Source: Spirochaetota bacterium
Lineage (GTDB): Bacteria > Spirochaetota > UBA4802 > UBA5550
DNA: 64,000 nt
Assembly: GCA_963664815.2 (NCBI GenBank)
Contig: CAXXHB010000003.1
Span: 3,808,001 to 3,872,000, forward strand
Reading direction: 5' to 3'
The position numbers were made by a program, and so were the translations under genes. Below are positions 48,949 through 58,441 of this stretch, piece after piece. The number at the start of each line of letters is the position of its first letter. Position 1 is the first letter of the stretch. A model generated the notes under the pieces. It had not been told where the DNA came from. It was given only the letters and a program-made list of their open reading frames with translations, and did no database searches.

Positions 48949-51861
48949 ATGCCCGGGATAAGGTTCAAGCTGTCATTTTTATTCGGTATTTTTGTATCTA
49001 TTATACTCGCATCCGCAGCTGTTTTTAATTATCTGAACCAGAGCCATATCATTGAAGAGGGATTTCAAAACGAGATTGAAGCATCATTAAAATACATCAA
49101 CTCAGTTGCCGTTTCAATGGACAGTGTGAGAACAAACCTTCTGCTCATTGAAGAGATGAAAATCAGGATTAAGGAAAAGCAGGAGGATCTGAAAAAATAC
49201 AAGGCTTATGTATACAGAAAAAAAGATTCATGGGGTAATACCTTCAGAAAATTCGGGAAAAAACTGGGTATTGACGTGCGGTATGACTACTACCGGAAGG
49301 GGTATGATACATACTTCAGCATATACCTCCCGGAGAAACAGATAGCAGCTCTTGAAAAAAAGGTTATTGAACAGCTGAAACACAGGGATGGAAGCCCGAT
49401 TACTCCTGCTGAACTGAAGATTATAGAAACCATGGGTCAGTCTGTAATTTACTACCAGCGCCGCATTGATGCAGTTGAAAAAGAGATTGAATCAATCAAC
49501 GGGAATACATCTCCGCAGAATAATAATCCCGCAAACCAGCCGCCTGACATATCAAAAAAGAACCGTATTCTTGAAGCACGTTTAAAAAAAGAAAAAACGA
49601 ATAAAGCTTATGCGGATAAAAGATTTACAAATAATCTGAAAATTTTCTATGAATATAATTTTAACAGTCTTGAAGGAACAGGGCTGGCGAACAGCAATAT
49701 CCGTATTATAACATACGGTGCGGATGGAGAAATCAATTATGATACCGGCTCCTTAATAAGGGACGGATTCATAAAGTTCTCCCCCCTTATGAAACATGCT
49801 CAGTTTATCACAGACAACAGTAATTTTTTCACCTCATCCGACCAGGTCACATTGGCCGGCACAAGGGAATACAACTACAACATCAGCGGAAGAAATTATC
49901 ATGTCAATTACCGCCCTGTATTTAAAAATCCGGCCACTTACGAACGCATTGTTGCAATCCGTAAGGACTTTGAGAAAAACAGTTCAAAATGGATCCCATT
50001 CCTGAAAGAGGACGCGCGAATTTCCGCTCTTATATCGGCGCAATGCACAAAAATCAGGGACAGACTTGCAATACTTAAACAGAACAAAAAAGTTCCCGGT
50101 TCTGACAGTGAATACAGGTCGCTCTATGATGATTACAAAAAACTGTTAAAGGAAAGATCCGGTTTTTTTGCAAAACTCGCCCCCTACTCTGATGAAATCA
50201 TCAGGATGAGAGATTATTATAAAGAGCAGTTAAACATCCTGAACACGGATATTGCCTCAGCAAAGAAAAGGATCGATGAACTCAAAGCTGATAATACCGT
50301 TAATAACGATGATGACAGGAAAAATGAAATTGAAGCCCGGCAGGCTTTTATTGACGATAACAGCCGGCGCATCGCAAAACTAAGACAGGAGATGAAGAAA
50401 TCGGAAGAGGATATCTGGCAATCTGAAAAGCTTACTTCCAGTGATGCAATGCGCTTCATCAGGGAAGCTGCACTGCTGGATTTTGCCATACTTAAACCGA
50501 ACACCAATCCTCTTGCTTACAGGGACTACCTCCGTTCATCAAAGGCAAGAGTTACCGAATCAGGAAGGTTTGACACGCTTAGAAACTGGATAATGGATGC
50601 GAGCAGCGAAACCGGTCTCCCGGCTGATGTCCAGGGTATGAAAAACACCCCTCTCGCCGGTGACGGAATTCTTGCATACAGCAGAAGTGAAATTGAGGAA
50701 TACATGTGGCGTCTGGACAGCACCCCGATAGCAGGAGAGATCGGTGTGCTGTCCGTTGATGCCGGAGGTGGTCTGCTGTCAGATCTGATGGAAAACAGCA
50801 TTACCGGCTTTAATGCAGTGCTGATTGATAAAACCGACGGGATGAACAGAATAATCCGCAACAGAAATATTATGATATTCTATTCATCACTTATAGCCCT
50901 TTTCTCAATCATCCTCACATATTTCCTTGCCGGTTTCATGGTCAGCAGAATTAAAGGGATCATCGCACAGGCAGCCCTTGCCGGACATGGGGAGCTTAAT
51001 GTTGTGTTTCCTGAAAAGGGGCTTGATGAAATAGAGACCCTGGGAGTATCACTCAACACAATGATGAAGGGACTCAGGGAAAAGGAGGAGCTGAAGGGTG
51101 AAATAGCCGCAGCTGGCGAAATACAGAAGATTCTTCTCCCGGAGACAATTCCATCCAACCTTGAAGGCTTTTATTCAATCGGCACATTCTACCGCTCCAT
51201 GCAGGGCGTAGGCGGCGACTATTATGACCTGATTGAACTTGATGAGAACCGCATATTCTTCTGTATAGGGGATGTGTCCAGTCACGGAGTAGGCCCTGCC
51301 ATAGTCATGTCGATGCTGCGTGCACACCTCCATGGTATAATACAGCGCGGAATACGGGAACTCGTGGAAATATTGTGCGAATTAAACCGGCAGATATTTT
51401 CAGAGACCCCTCCTCATATATTCGTTACACTGTTTGTAGGGATTATTGACAGGGCATCCAATGAAATCGAATACTGCTCAGCAGGGCATCCGCGGGCCAT
51501 GGTCTACCGTTATAAAAAAGACGAGGTTGAAATACTGCCGGAGGGTGGTCTCCCCGTAGGTATGGATGATAATGACTTTTTTGCCGGGACTATAAGCGTA
51601 AACAGAATTAAACTCTCCCCCGGAGATCTTTTCTTCCAGTACACTGACGGGGCAAGCGAGGCTATGGATGGTTCAAAAAAACAGTTCGGTGAAGCAGGGA
51701 TCAGCGGAGAACTTAAAAAATACGCCAGGAAAAAGCCCGAGGCTGTAATCAACCGGATTGCGGAGGCAATAGAAGCCTTTACTGGGAAAAAAATAATAAA
51801 CACAACCGTCAGCGAACTTAACGACGACATAGCAATGATACTGTTTAAAAGAATCAAATAA
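48949..51861 (+). CDS. Membrane PP2C/SpoIIE (RsbU-like) phosphatase with HAMP and a large extracytoplasmic domain
   Basis: Two TMs, HAMP (DEIETL...NTM), IQKILLP, VGGDYYD, GDVSSHG, AGH, YTDG, DDI; start uncertain (frame open from 48700). Confidence 0.88.
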   Translation: MPGIRFKLSFLFGIFVSIILASAAVFNYLNQSHIIEEGFQNEIEASLKYINSVAVSMDSVRTNLLLIEEMKIRIKEKQEDLKKYKAYVYRKKDSWGNTFRKFGKKLGIDVRYDYYRKGYDTYFSIYLPEKQIAALEKKVIEQLKHRDGSPITPAELKIIETMGQSVIYYQRRIDAVEKEIESINGNTSPQNNNPANQPPDISKKNRILEARLKKEKTNKAYADKRFTNNLKIFYEYNFNSLEGTGLANSNIRIITYGADGEINYDTGSLIRDGFIKFSPLMKHAQFITDNSNFFTSSDQVTLAGTREYNYNISGRNYHVNYRPVFKNPATYERIVAIRKDFEKNSSKWIPFLKEDARISALISAQCTKIRDRLAILKQNKKVPGSDSEYRSLYDDYKKLLKERSGFFAKLAPYSDEIIRMRDYYKEQLNILNTDIASAKKRIDELKADNTVNNDDDRKNEIEARQAFIDDNSRRIAKLRQEMKKSEEDIWQSEKLTSSDAMRFIREAALLDFAILKPNTNPLAYRDYLRSSKARVTESGRFDTLRNWIMDASSETGLPADVQGMKNTPLAGDGILAYSRSEIEEYMWRLDSTPIAGEIGVLSVDAGGGLLSDLMENSITGFNAVLIDKTDGMNRIIRNRNIMIFYSSLIALFSIILTYFLAGFMVSRIKGIIAQAALAGHGELNVVFPEKGLDEIETLGVSLNTMMKGLREKEELKGEIAAAGEIQKILLPETIPSNLEGFYSIGTFYRSMQGVGGDYYDLIELDENRIFFCIGDVSSHGVGPAIVMSMLRAHLHGIIQRGIRELVEILCELNRQIFSETPPHIFVTLFVGIIDRASNEIEYCSAGHPRAMVYRYKKDEVEILPEGGLPVGMDDNDFFAGTISVNRIKLSPGDLFFQYTDGASEAMDGSKKQFGEAGISGELKKYARKKPEAVINRIAEAIEAFTGKKIINTTVSELNDDIAMILFKRIK

Positions 51862-52051
51862 CATCTATTTGATTTCAGAGACAGCATCCCACTCCGCTTC
51901 ATTGTGAAAGGATTCAGTGAACCGGTTCCGGAATTAATCGGATTGCCGGGAATGTTAATATATTGTAATATTATATTAACATTCTGTCCATTCACCGATA
52001 TAAAAATATAAACTTACAATCTTCCATTCATTAAATCATTAAAAAATTCAC

Positions 52052-52090
52052 TGGGCTGAATAGAAAACATTTTGAACTGAAAAGAAAAGC
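52052..52090 (+). promoter_or_regulatory. Tandem AraC-type direct repeats upstream of the DUF362-lar operon
   Basis: tgggctgaatagaaaac / tgaactgaaaagaaaagc at 21-bp period; matches the box at 56212. Confidence 0.55.
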
Positions 52091-52143
52091 AAAATAATTA
52101 TAAATGTAAAATTATCTTCAGCAATAAAAAGGAGAAAACAGCT

Positions 52144-53163
52144 ATGAGTAAAAAAATTTCACGCCGTGATTTTCTTAAAAGCGGTGCAATGGCACTTGGC
52201 ACTGCAGCTCTGGGTAATTATATTACTTTAGGCAAGGCAATCGCCTCACCTCAGGATAAGTCCAGGGTTTTTTTTACAAAAGACATTACCACTGAAGGTC
52301 TTATGAAAATATATTCCAAAATCAATCAGGGCATGACTGGTAAAACAGGCATTAAACTCCATACCGGCGAGCCACATGGGCCTAACCTGTTACCGCTGGA
52401 GCTTATCAAGACTCTGCAAGGGAATATTCCCGGAAGTAACATCGTAGAATGCAATGTTCTTTATCCGGGGCCGAGGCAAACTACAAAAGGACACAGGGAA
52501 ACCCTGAAAATAAACGGATGGGATTTTTGCCCTGTAGATATAATGGATGAGGATGGTGACGCCATACTCCCAATACCGGGGATGCGGGAGTTCTTTAATA
52601 AATGGTTATCACCTGCATTAAAAGATCGCCCATATACCCCCGGGGTACATCTTACAGAGATCTCCGTAGGGAAAAATCTTTTAAACTACAATTCACTCCT
52701 CGTCTATACACATTTTAAAGGTCATACCAGCGGAGGTTTTGGCGGATCACTAAAAAATATCGGTATAGGATGCGCCTCCGGCCAGGTTGGCAAACGGCAA
52801 ATTCATGGTGAGGGCTGGGAAAAAGGGAAGCTGTTTCTGGAGCGTATGGTCGAGTCCGGCAAGGCCACTGCCGATCATTTCGGTTCGCATATCACTTATA
52901 TCAACGTGTTAAAAAACATCTCGGTGGATTGCGACTGTGCCGGAACTGCCGCCGCTAAACCCTCATCACCTGATATCGGAATAGTCGGTTCAACGGATAT
53001 TCTGGCCGTAGACAAGGCATCAGTGGATTTACTTTTCGCTCTGCCGGAAGCTAAAAAGCATGATATGGTTGAAAGAATCGAATCCCGCAGCGGGTTGCAT
53101 CAGCTTGAATATATGAAGACGCTTGGTATGGGCAATGAACAGTATGAACTGATTACACTGTAA
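52144..53163 (+). CDS. Tat-exported DUF362-family protein; candidate NPN-cofactor enzyme
   Basis: SRRDFLK Tat motif; IKLHTGE, ECNVLY, HFKGH...GFGGSLKNIGIGCAS, CDC, DILAVDKASVD. Confidence 0.82.
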   Translation: MSKKISRRDFLKSGAMALGTAALGNYITLGKAIASPQDKSRVFFTKDITTEGLMKIYSKINQGMTGKTGIKLHTGEPHGPNLLPLELIKTLQGNIPGSNIVECNVLYPGPRQTTKGHRETLKINGWDFCPVDIMDEDGDAILPIPGMREFFNKWLSPALKDRPYTPGVHLTEISVGKNLLNYNSLLVYTHFKGHTSGGFGGSLKNIGIGCASGQVGKRQIHGEGWEKGKLFLERMVESGKATADHFGSHITYINVLKNISVDCDCAGTAAAKPSSPDIGIVGSTDILAVDKASVDLLFALPEAKKHDMVERIESRSGLHQLEYMKTLGMGNEQYELITL

Positions 53164-53357
53164 CAGAAGAAAGGCGTCCGGTGTTTTTCTCCGGTTGCCT
53201 TATAAAATATTTCATACACACATTTCGAGAGAAAAAATAAAAAAGTGGACTATATACACGTATCCGGTTAAGTTCAGAACAAGGATCGTTCAGATCCCAT
53301 TTCGATTGGAACCAGACAGTTTTGTAACATTTCAGCCCTTGCATGGAGGAGGTAATA

Positions 53358-54152
53358 ATGACATCGCTTCAGCCTGTTTTAAAGCAAAAACTTGAAACCC
53401 TGCAGAATAATTTAAGAAAAGCCGGCCGTGTCACTATCGCTTTTTCCGGCGGGGTGGATTCAACGTTTCTTTTAAAAGCCGCTATTGACACACCCGGCGT
53501 TGACTGCCTTGCCATCATCGCTGATGGCCCCATGATGCCGCGTTCAGAGTTCAGCGAAAGCCTTGCCCTGGCAGATTCATTAAAAGCCAGGCTGATTACC
53601 ATACCTGTTAAAATTTTTGAACTTCCCGGGTTTTACGGAAATTCACCACAGCGTTGTTACTATTGTAAAAAATATATTTTTTCTGCAATCAGGGAGGCAT
53701 CCATAAATAACGGTTATACTATATTGCTTGATGGAACAAACATCGATGATCTTCAAGATGACCGGCCCGGGTTAAAAGCGCTTGAAGAGCTCGCGGTAGG
53801 AAGCCCCCTGGCGGATGCCGGACTGACAAAGACGGAAATCAGACTTCTTTCTGCATATTACGGAATACCAACCGCGCATAAGCCCTCCATGGCATGTCTC
53901 GCAACCCGTATTCCCCATGGCACTGCCATTACTCCGGAGGCTTTAAAAACTGTTGAAGCCGGCGAGGAGATTCTCAAAACACTGAGTCTCAGCCAGTACA
54001 GGCTGCGTCTTAACGGGAATGATGCTAAAATCGAATGCGGCTCAGAAGATTTTCAAAAAATTATCGACAACCGGATTAATCTGGTCAAGTCTCTGAAAGG
54101 TTTTGGGATCACCAGTGTTGCCATCAATCTGAAGGCCTACGGCGAGTCTTAA
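53358..54152 (+). CDS. larE: ATP-dependent sulfur transferase LarE
   Basis: AFSGGVDS PP-loop, RCYYCK, DGTNIDD...RPG, PSMACLATRIP; RBS ggagg. Confidence 0.92.
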   Translation: MTSLQPVLKQKLETLQNNLRKAGRVTIAFSGGVDSTFLLKAAIDTPGVDCLAIIADGPMMPRSEFSESLALADSLKARLITIPVKIFELPGFYGNSPQRCYYCKKYIFSAIREASINNGYTILLDGTNIDDLQDDRPGLKALEELAVGSPLADAGLTKTEIRLLSAYYGIPTAHKPSMACLATRIPHGTAITPEALKTVEAGEEILKTLSLSQYRLRLNGNDAKIECGSEDFQKIIDNRINLVKSLKGFGITSVAINLKAYGES

Positions 54153-54202
54153 CCAGTCAACAAAACGGATGAACAGGTCAAAAGAACCTCAGGGAGAAAT
54201 AC

Positions 54203-54952
54203 ATGAATAAAGATAAATTGACAGAACTCTTAACTAAAGTTAAAGAAAATCAAATAGACGTGCCCGATGCACTGCATGCCTTAAAAAATCTGACCTATGA
54301 CAACCTTGGTTACGCGCGGGTTGATCATCACCGTGAGTTAAGAGTCGGTTATCCGGAGGTTATTTACAGCCCCGGTAAAACAGCTGAGCAGATTAAAGGC
54401 ATTGTAAAGAATATGCTTGAAAAAGAGAATAATAACATACTGGCATCCCGGGCAGACCGCAGCGTCTACGAGGCTATTAAAAGCGTTGCAGACGAAGCCG
54501 TTTATTACGAAGAAGCCCGGTCTGTTGTTGTCAGGCGTGTGCCATATGGTACAACCGACAGCTATATTCTGGTAGTTACAGCCGGCACTTCAGATATACC
54601 TGTTGCCGAAGAGGCTGCCGTAACCGCTGAGGTTATGGGTAACCAGGTAAAGCGGCTCTTTGATGTGGGTGTGGCCGGAATTCACCGCCTCTTTGATAAA
54701 ATTGAAATTATTGCAAAGGCAAAGGTTGTCATCGTCGTTGCCGGTATGGAGGGGGCGCTTGCTTCAGTCGTCGGCGGCCTGACGGATAAACCGGTAATAG
54801 CAGTGCCCACCAGTATCGGATACGGAGCAAATTTCGGCGGTATATCCGCTCTGCTGGGGATGCTGACTTCCTGCTCCAGCGGTATCGGAGTGGTTAACAT
54901 CGACAATGGTTTTGGAGCTGCCTGTATGGCGTCAAAAATCAATAAACTGTAG
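54203..54952 (+). CDS. larB: Nickel-pincer cofactor biosynthesis carboxylase/hydrolase LarB
   Basis: DHHRELRVGYPEVIY, AGTSDIPVAEEA, DVGVAGIHR, AGMEGAL, PTSIGYG, VVNIDNGFGAA. Confidence 0.95.
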   Translation: MNKDKLTELLTKVKENQIDVPDALHALKNLTYDNLGYARVDHHRELRVGYPEVIYSPGKTAEQIKGIVKNMLEKENNNILASRADRSVYEAIKSVADEAVYYEEARSVVVRRVPYGTTDSYILVVTAGTSDIPVAEEAAVTAEVMGNQVKRLFDVGVAGIHRLFDKIEIIAKAKVVIVVAGMEGALASVVGGLTDKPVIAVPTSIGYGANFGGISALLGMLTSCSSGIGVVNIDNGFGAACMASKINKL

Positions 54953-54962
54953 AGGGAACTTC

Positions 54963-56201
54963 ATGAAAGTATTACATTTTGACTGTTTTTCAGGCATCAG
55001 CGGAGACATGGTGATCGGCGCTTTTCTGGATCTGGGTGTCGAAACAGATTTTCTTGGCAGGGAGCTTGAGAAACTTAATGTCCCGGGATTTCGCATTGAA
55101 GCTGAAAAAACAAGCCGTCATGGAATCAGCGGAACACTGTTCCGCGTAATTACAGATGAAATTGCCCCTCATCATCACCATCATGATTCCGGGATCAACC
55201 ATGGCCGCAGTCATGAAGATCATGAACATTACAAAGAGAATAAATCCGGCCATGTTCACCGGAACCATGCCGATATCAAAGGGATTATCAGCGCATCATC
55301 ACTGGATGAACCGGTAAAAAAAACATCCCTTGCCATTTTTGAGCGTGTTGCCCGGGCCGAATCGAGAGTTCACAACATCCCGGCTGATGATATTAACTTC
55401 CATGAAGTTGGCGCCCTGGATTCAATTGTTGATATTGTGGGTGCCGCAATATGCTATCATAAAATTGCGCCGGATATTACCTACGGCTCGGCAATTAACG
55501 TTGGTAAAGGCCTCGTTAAATGCGCACATGGAATTCTGCCGGTACCGGCACCGGCTACGGCGGAAATCCTCAATGAGTCAGGTTTTTCTGTTTATTCAAG
55601 GGAGATTGATGGTGAATCAGCCACGCCGACCGGAGTTGCCATTATTTCCGAACTGGGTACTTATTCCCATGAGCTGCCTGAATTTACTCCGGAAAAAACC
55701 GGTTACGGCTTCGGACAGCGTGATTTCGGGATGCTTAATGCTCTGCGTATTTTTATCGGTCATCGTCCGGGCAGCGATTCCTCAATTGTCGTCCTTGAGA
55801 CCAATATAGATGATATGACCGGAGAAGCCCTTGGTTATACCCTGGAACGTCTTTTTGCCGCAGGTGCACTGGATGCCTTTTACACACCGATTTTCATGAA
55901 AAAAAACCGTCCGGCTTTTAAATTAACCGTACTTTCTGATGTCTCCTGCGTAAATGCCATTGAATTTTGTATTCTTAAAGAAACCTCTACAATCGGACTC
56001 CGGAAATTTCCTGTTTCCCGCACATGTATGGAACGACAGATCGAAACCCGCCATACTGAATTTGGCGATTTACGGGTTAAAATCTGCCGCTTTGGGGATA
56101 TTCATAAAGAAACCCTGGAGTATGAAGATGTTAAACGTATTGCCGGCACTGAAGGATTATCCTTTGATGCAACAGTAGCAATGCTTCAGAAATTATTATA
56201 A
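54963..56201 (+). CDS. larC: Nickel insertase (cyclometallase) LarC
   Basis: FDCFSGISGDM, His-rich tract, FHEVGALDSIVD, HGILPVPAPAT, TPTG, ETNIDD, MKKNRP. Confidence 0.95.
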   Translation: MKVLHFDCFSGISGDMVIGAFLDLGVETDFLGRELEKLNVPGFRIEAEKTSRHGISGTLFRVITDEIAPHHHHHDSGINHGRSHEDHEHYKENKSGHVHRNHADIKGIISASSLDEPVKKTSLAIFERVARAESRVHNIPADDINFHEVGALDSIVDIVGAAICYHKIAPDITYGSAINVGKGLVKCAHGILPVPAPATAEILNESGFSVYSREIDGESATPTGVAIISELGTYSHELPEFTPEKTGYGFGQRDFGMLNALRIFIGHRPGSDSSIVVLETNIDDMTGEALGYTLERLFAAGALDAFYTPIFMKKNRPAFKLTVLSDVSCVNAIEFCILKETSTIGLRKFPVSRTCMERQIETRHTEFGDLRVKICRFGDIHKETLEYEDVKRIAGTEGLSFDATVAMLQKLL

Positions 56202-56211
56202 AATATTTTTT

Positions 56212-56250
56212 TGAACTGAAAAGTCAACTTTCTGAACTGTAAAGTAAAGC
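56212..56250 (+). promoter_or_regulatory. Tandem AraC-type direct repeats upstream of the flavodoxin/AKR cluster
   Basis: tgaactgaaaagtcaac / tgaactgtaaagtaaagc at 21-bp period. Confidence 0.6.
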
Positions 56251-56385
56251 ATCATGTTGCCCGGTATTTTATCTTACTGTTATTTCGATTAAAGATTTAT
56301 CAGAAACAATGTCATGCACTATTTTATTTTTCTGGCGTTATAGTTCAGATGATTTAAAAAAGAGAAAAAAGATAACGAGGTTGAT

Positions 56386-56979
56386 ATGAAAAAGAAATTT
56401 TTTGTTCTTTATCTGATTGCTGCATCACTTGCATTTACAGGGATCCAGGCCTCCTGCAAAGAGAATTCCGGAATACCAGACAGCAAGAAAGGAGAAAATA
56501 AAAAGATCCTTGTGACTTATTTTTCGCACACGGGTAATACGCGGGAAATTGCAAACCAGATTCACCAGAGCGTCGGCGGAGATATTTTTGAACTTCAGGC
56601 TGTAAAGAAATATCCTGATGATTACGAGGCTGTTAAAAAAGTCGCAAAACAGGAATTGAAATCCGGAGAGAAGCCTGCATTGAAAACAAAAATTAATAAT
56701 ATAAGATCATATGATATCATATTTATAGGCTACCCGATCTGGTGGGGAACGTTCCCGGCCCCGGTAAGAACATTTCTGTCAGAAAATAATTTATCGGGAA
56801 AAACCATTATTCCATTCAGCACTCATCTCGGCAGCGGTCTTGGCCTGAGTGTAAAGGACATCACAAAACTCTGCCCGGAATCCACTCTGCTGGAAGGTAT
56901 TTCCATAAGGGGAGATGATATAAAAACCGCGGGTGACAGAATATCAGGGTGGCTGAAGAAGTTGAATATTACGAAATAA
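56386..56979 (+). CDS. Flavodoxin with N-terminal signal peptide
   Basis: YFSHTGNT, IGYPIWWG, PFSTHLGSG. Confidence 0.88.
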   Translation: MKKKFFVLYLIAASLAFTGIQASCKENSGIPDSKKGENKKILVTYFSHTGNTREIANQIHQSVGGDIFELQAVKKYPDDYEAVKKVAKQELKSGEKPALKTKINNIRSYDIIFIGYPIWWGTFPAPVRTFLSENNLSGKTIIPFSTHLGSGLGLSVKDITKLCPESTLLEGISIRGDDIKTAGDRISGWLKKLNITK

Positions 56980-56985
56980 TACAGG

Positions 56986-57211
56986 ACAATGCCATTCCGA
57001 ACGAATGTGAGGAATATCATACGGATTTGCCCCCTGAACCAACCGGCCACCGGCAGAGTATACTGCTTGTGCAGTGTAAATGCAAACCTGCCACCCACCG
57101 GCAAAAGGGGTTAATGAAACTCTCCGGCTTTCCAGGTTCCCCTGGAAACGCTGGGCACAATTAAATGGGGATAGGGGGGAACCGATGGCAGGTGATTTGG
57201 AATGACATTGT
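56986..57211. repeat. Intergenic element bounded by inverted repeats (REP-like)
   Basis: acaatgccattcc / ggaatgacattgt (12 of 13 paired); begins gccattccgaacgaatgtgaggaat. Confidence 0.45.
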
Positions 57212-57252
57212 TTTAACTAAATCTTTAACTGCTGTAATAAGGAGAATATAAT

Positions 57253-58404
57253 ATGAAAAAACTGGGATTTGGATTTATGCGTCTGCCCGTAAAGGACCAG
57301 AATAATCAGGCGAGTGTTGATATGGAGTTACTAAACAGGATGGTTGATATCTTTCTGGAAAGAGGCTTTACCTACTTTGATACTGCCTATATGTACCATA
57401 TGGGTAAGAGCGAAACAGCTATGAGAGAGGCCCTTGTAAAACGCCATAAAAGAGAGAGCTTTACCCTGGCGACAAAACTGCCAACAATGATGCTGAAAAG
57501 CAGGGAAGACCAGGAGAAAATTTTTAACGAACAGCTGGAAAAGTGCGGTGTGGATTACTTCGACTACTACCTGCTTCATAACCTTGGTACAGAAAATTAT
57601 GAAATTGCCGAAAAATTTAAAAGTTTTGAATTTATTATAGAAAAGAAAAAAGCAGGCAGGATCAGGCAGATAGGTTTCTCATATCACGATAATGCCAACC
57701 TGCTGGATAAAATACTCACAGCTCATCCGGAGGTGGATTTTGTCCAGTTACAGATTAATTATCTTGATTGGGATAATGAGAGCATACAGTCCGGGAAATG
57801 CTATGATGTTGCACGTAAGCATAACAAGCCGGTAATTGTTATGGAACCGGTCAAGGGTGGCACCCTGGCGAAAGTACCGGAAATGGCTGAAAAATTATTT
57901 AAAGGCTGCCATCCTGACATGACAATACCATCATGGGCAATTCGCTATGCTGCCAGCCGTGATGGTGTTATGGTTGTACTGAGCGGGATGTCTGACCTTG
58001 AACAGCTTATGGATAATACCGGCTATATGCAGGAGTTTAAATCACTCACAAACGATGAATACGATGTAATAAAAAAAGCCGTTAAGATTATCAACGAATC
58101 TATTGCCATACCCTGTACAGCATGCCGTTACTGTGTGGAGGGCTGCCCGCAGAATATTGCCATCCCTGAATACTTCGCTTTATACAATACAGAGAAGCAA
58201 TCGATAAAAAGCATGTTTTCAGTTCAGATGGTGTATTACATGAATTTAACAAAAAAGTTCGGAAAGGCATCAGATTGTATCGACTGCAGACAATGTGAAG
58301 AGCACTGCCCGCAGCATATTGAGATTACAAAATGGTTAAAGGATATTGCTGCTACTTTTGAAGTCGAATTTGCCTTACCGGCAATAGAACCGGAAAAATC
58401 ATAA
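57253..58404 (+). CDS. Aldo/keto reductase with C-terminal [4Fe-4S] domain
   Basis: [52 protein letters not shown]. Confidence 0.92.
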   Translation: MKKLGFGFMRLPVKDQNNQASVDMELLNRMVDIFLERGFTYFDTAYMYHMGKSETAMREALVKRHKRESFTLATKLPTMMLKSREDQEKIFNEQLEKCGVDYFDYYLLHNLGTENYEIAEKFKSFEFIIEKKKAGRIRQIGFSYHDNANLLDKILTAHPEVDFVQLQINYLDWDNESIQSGKCYDVARKHNKPVIVMEPVKGGTLAKVPEMAEKLFKGCHPDMTIPSWAIRYAASRDGVMVVLSGMSDLEQLMDNTGYMQEFKSLTNDEYDVIKKAVKIINESIAIPCTACRYCVEGCPQNIAIPEYFALYNTEKQSIKSMFSVQMVYYMNLTKKFGKASDCIDCRQCEEHCPQHIEITKWLKDIAATFEVEFALPAIEPEKS

Positions 58405-58441
58405 AAAATTTAAACTGAATAAGAATTAAGGATAATTAATC

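Noticed and set aside
56949-57164. 71-aa and 93-aa ORFs between flavodoxin and AKR
   Set aside because: They overlap an IR-bounded repeat and show no protein signatures
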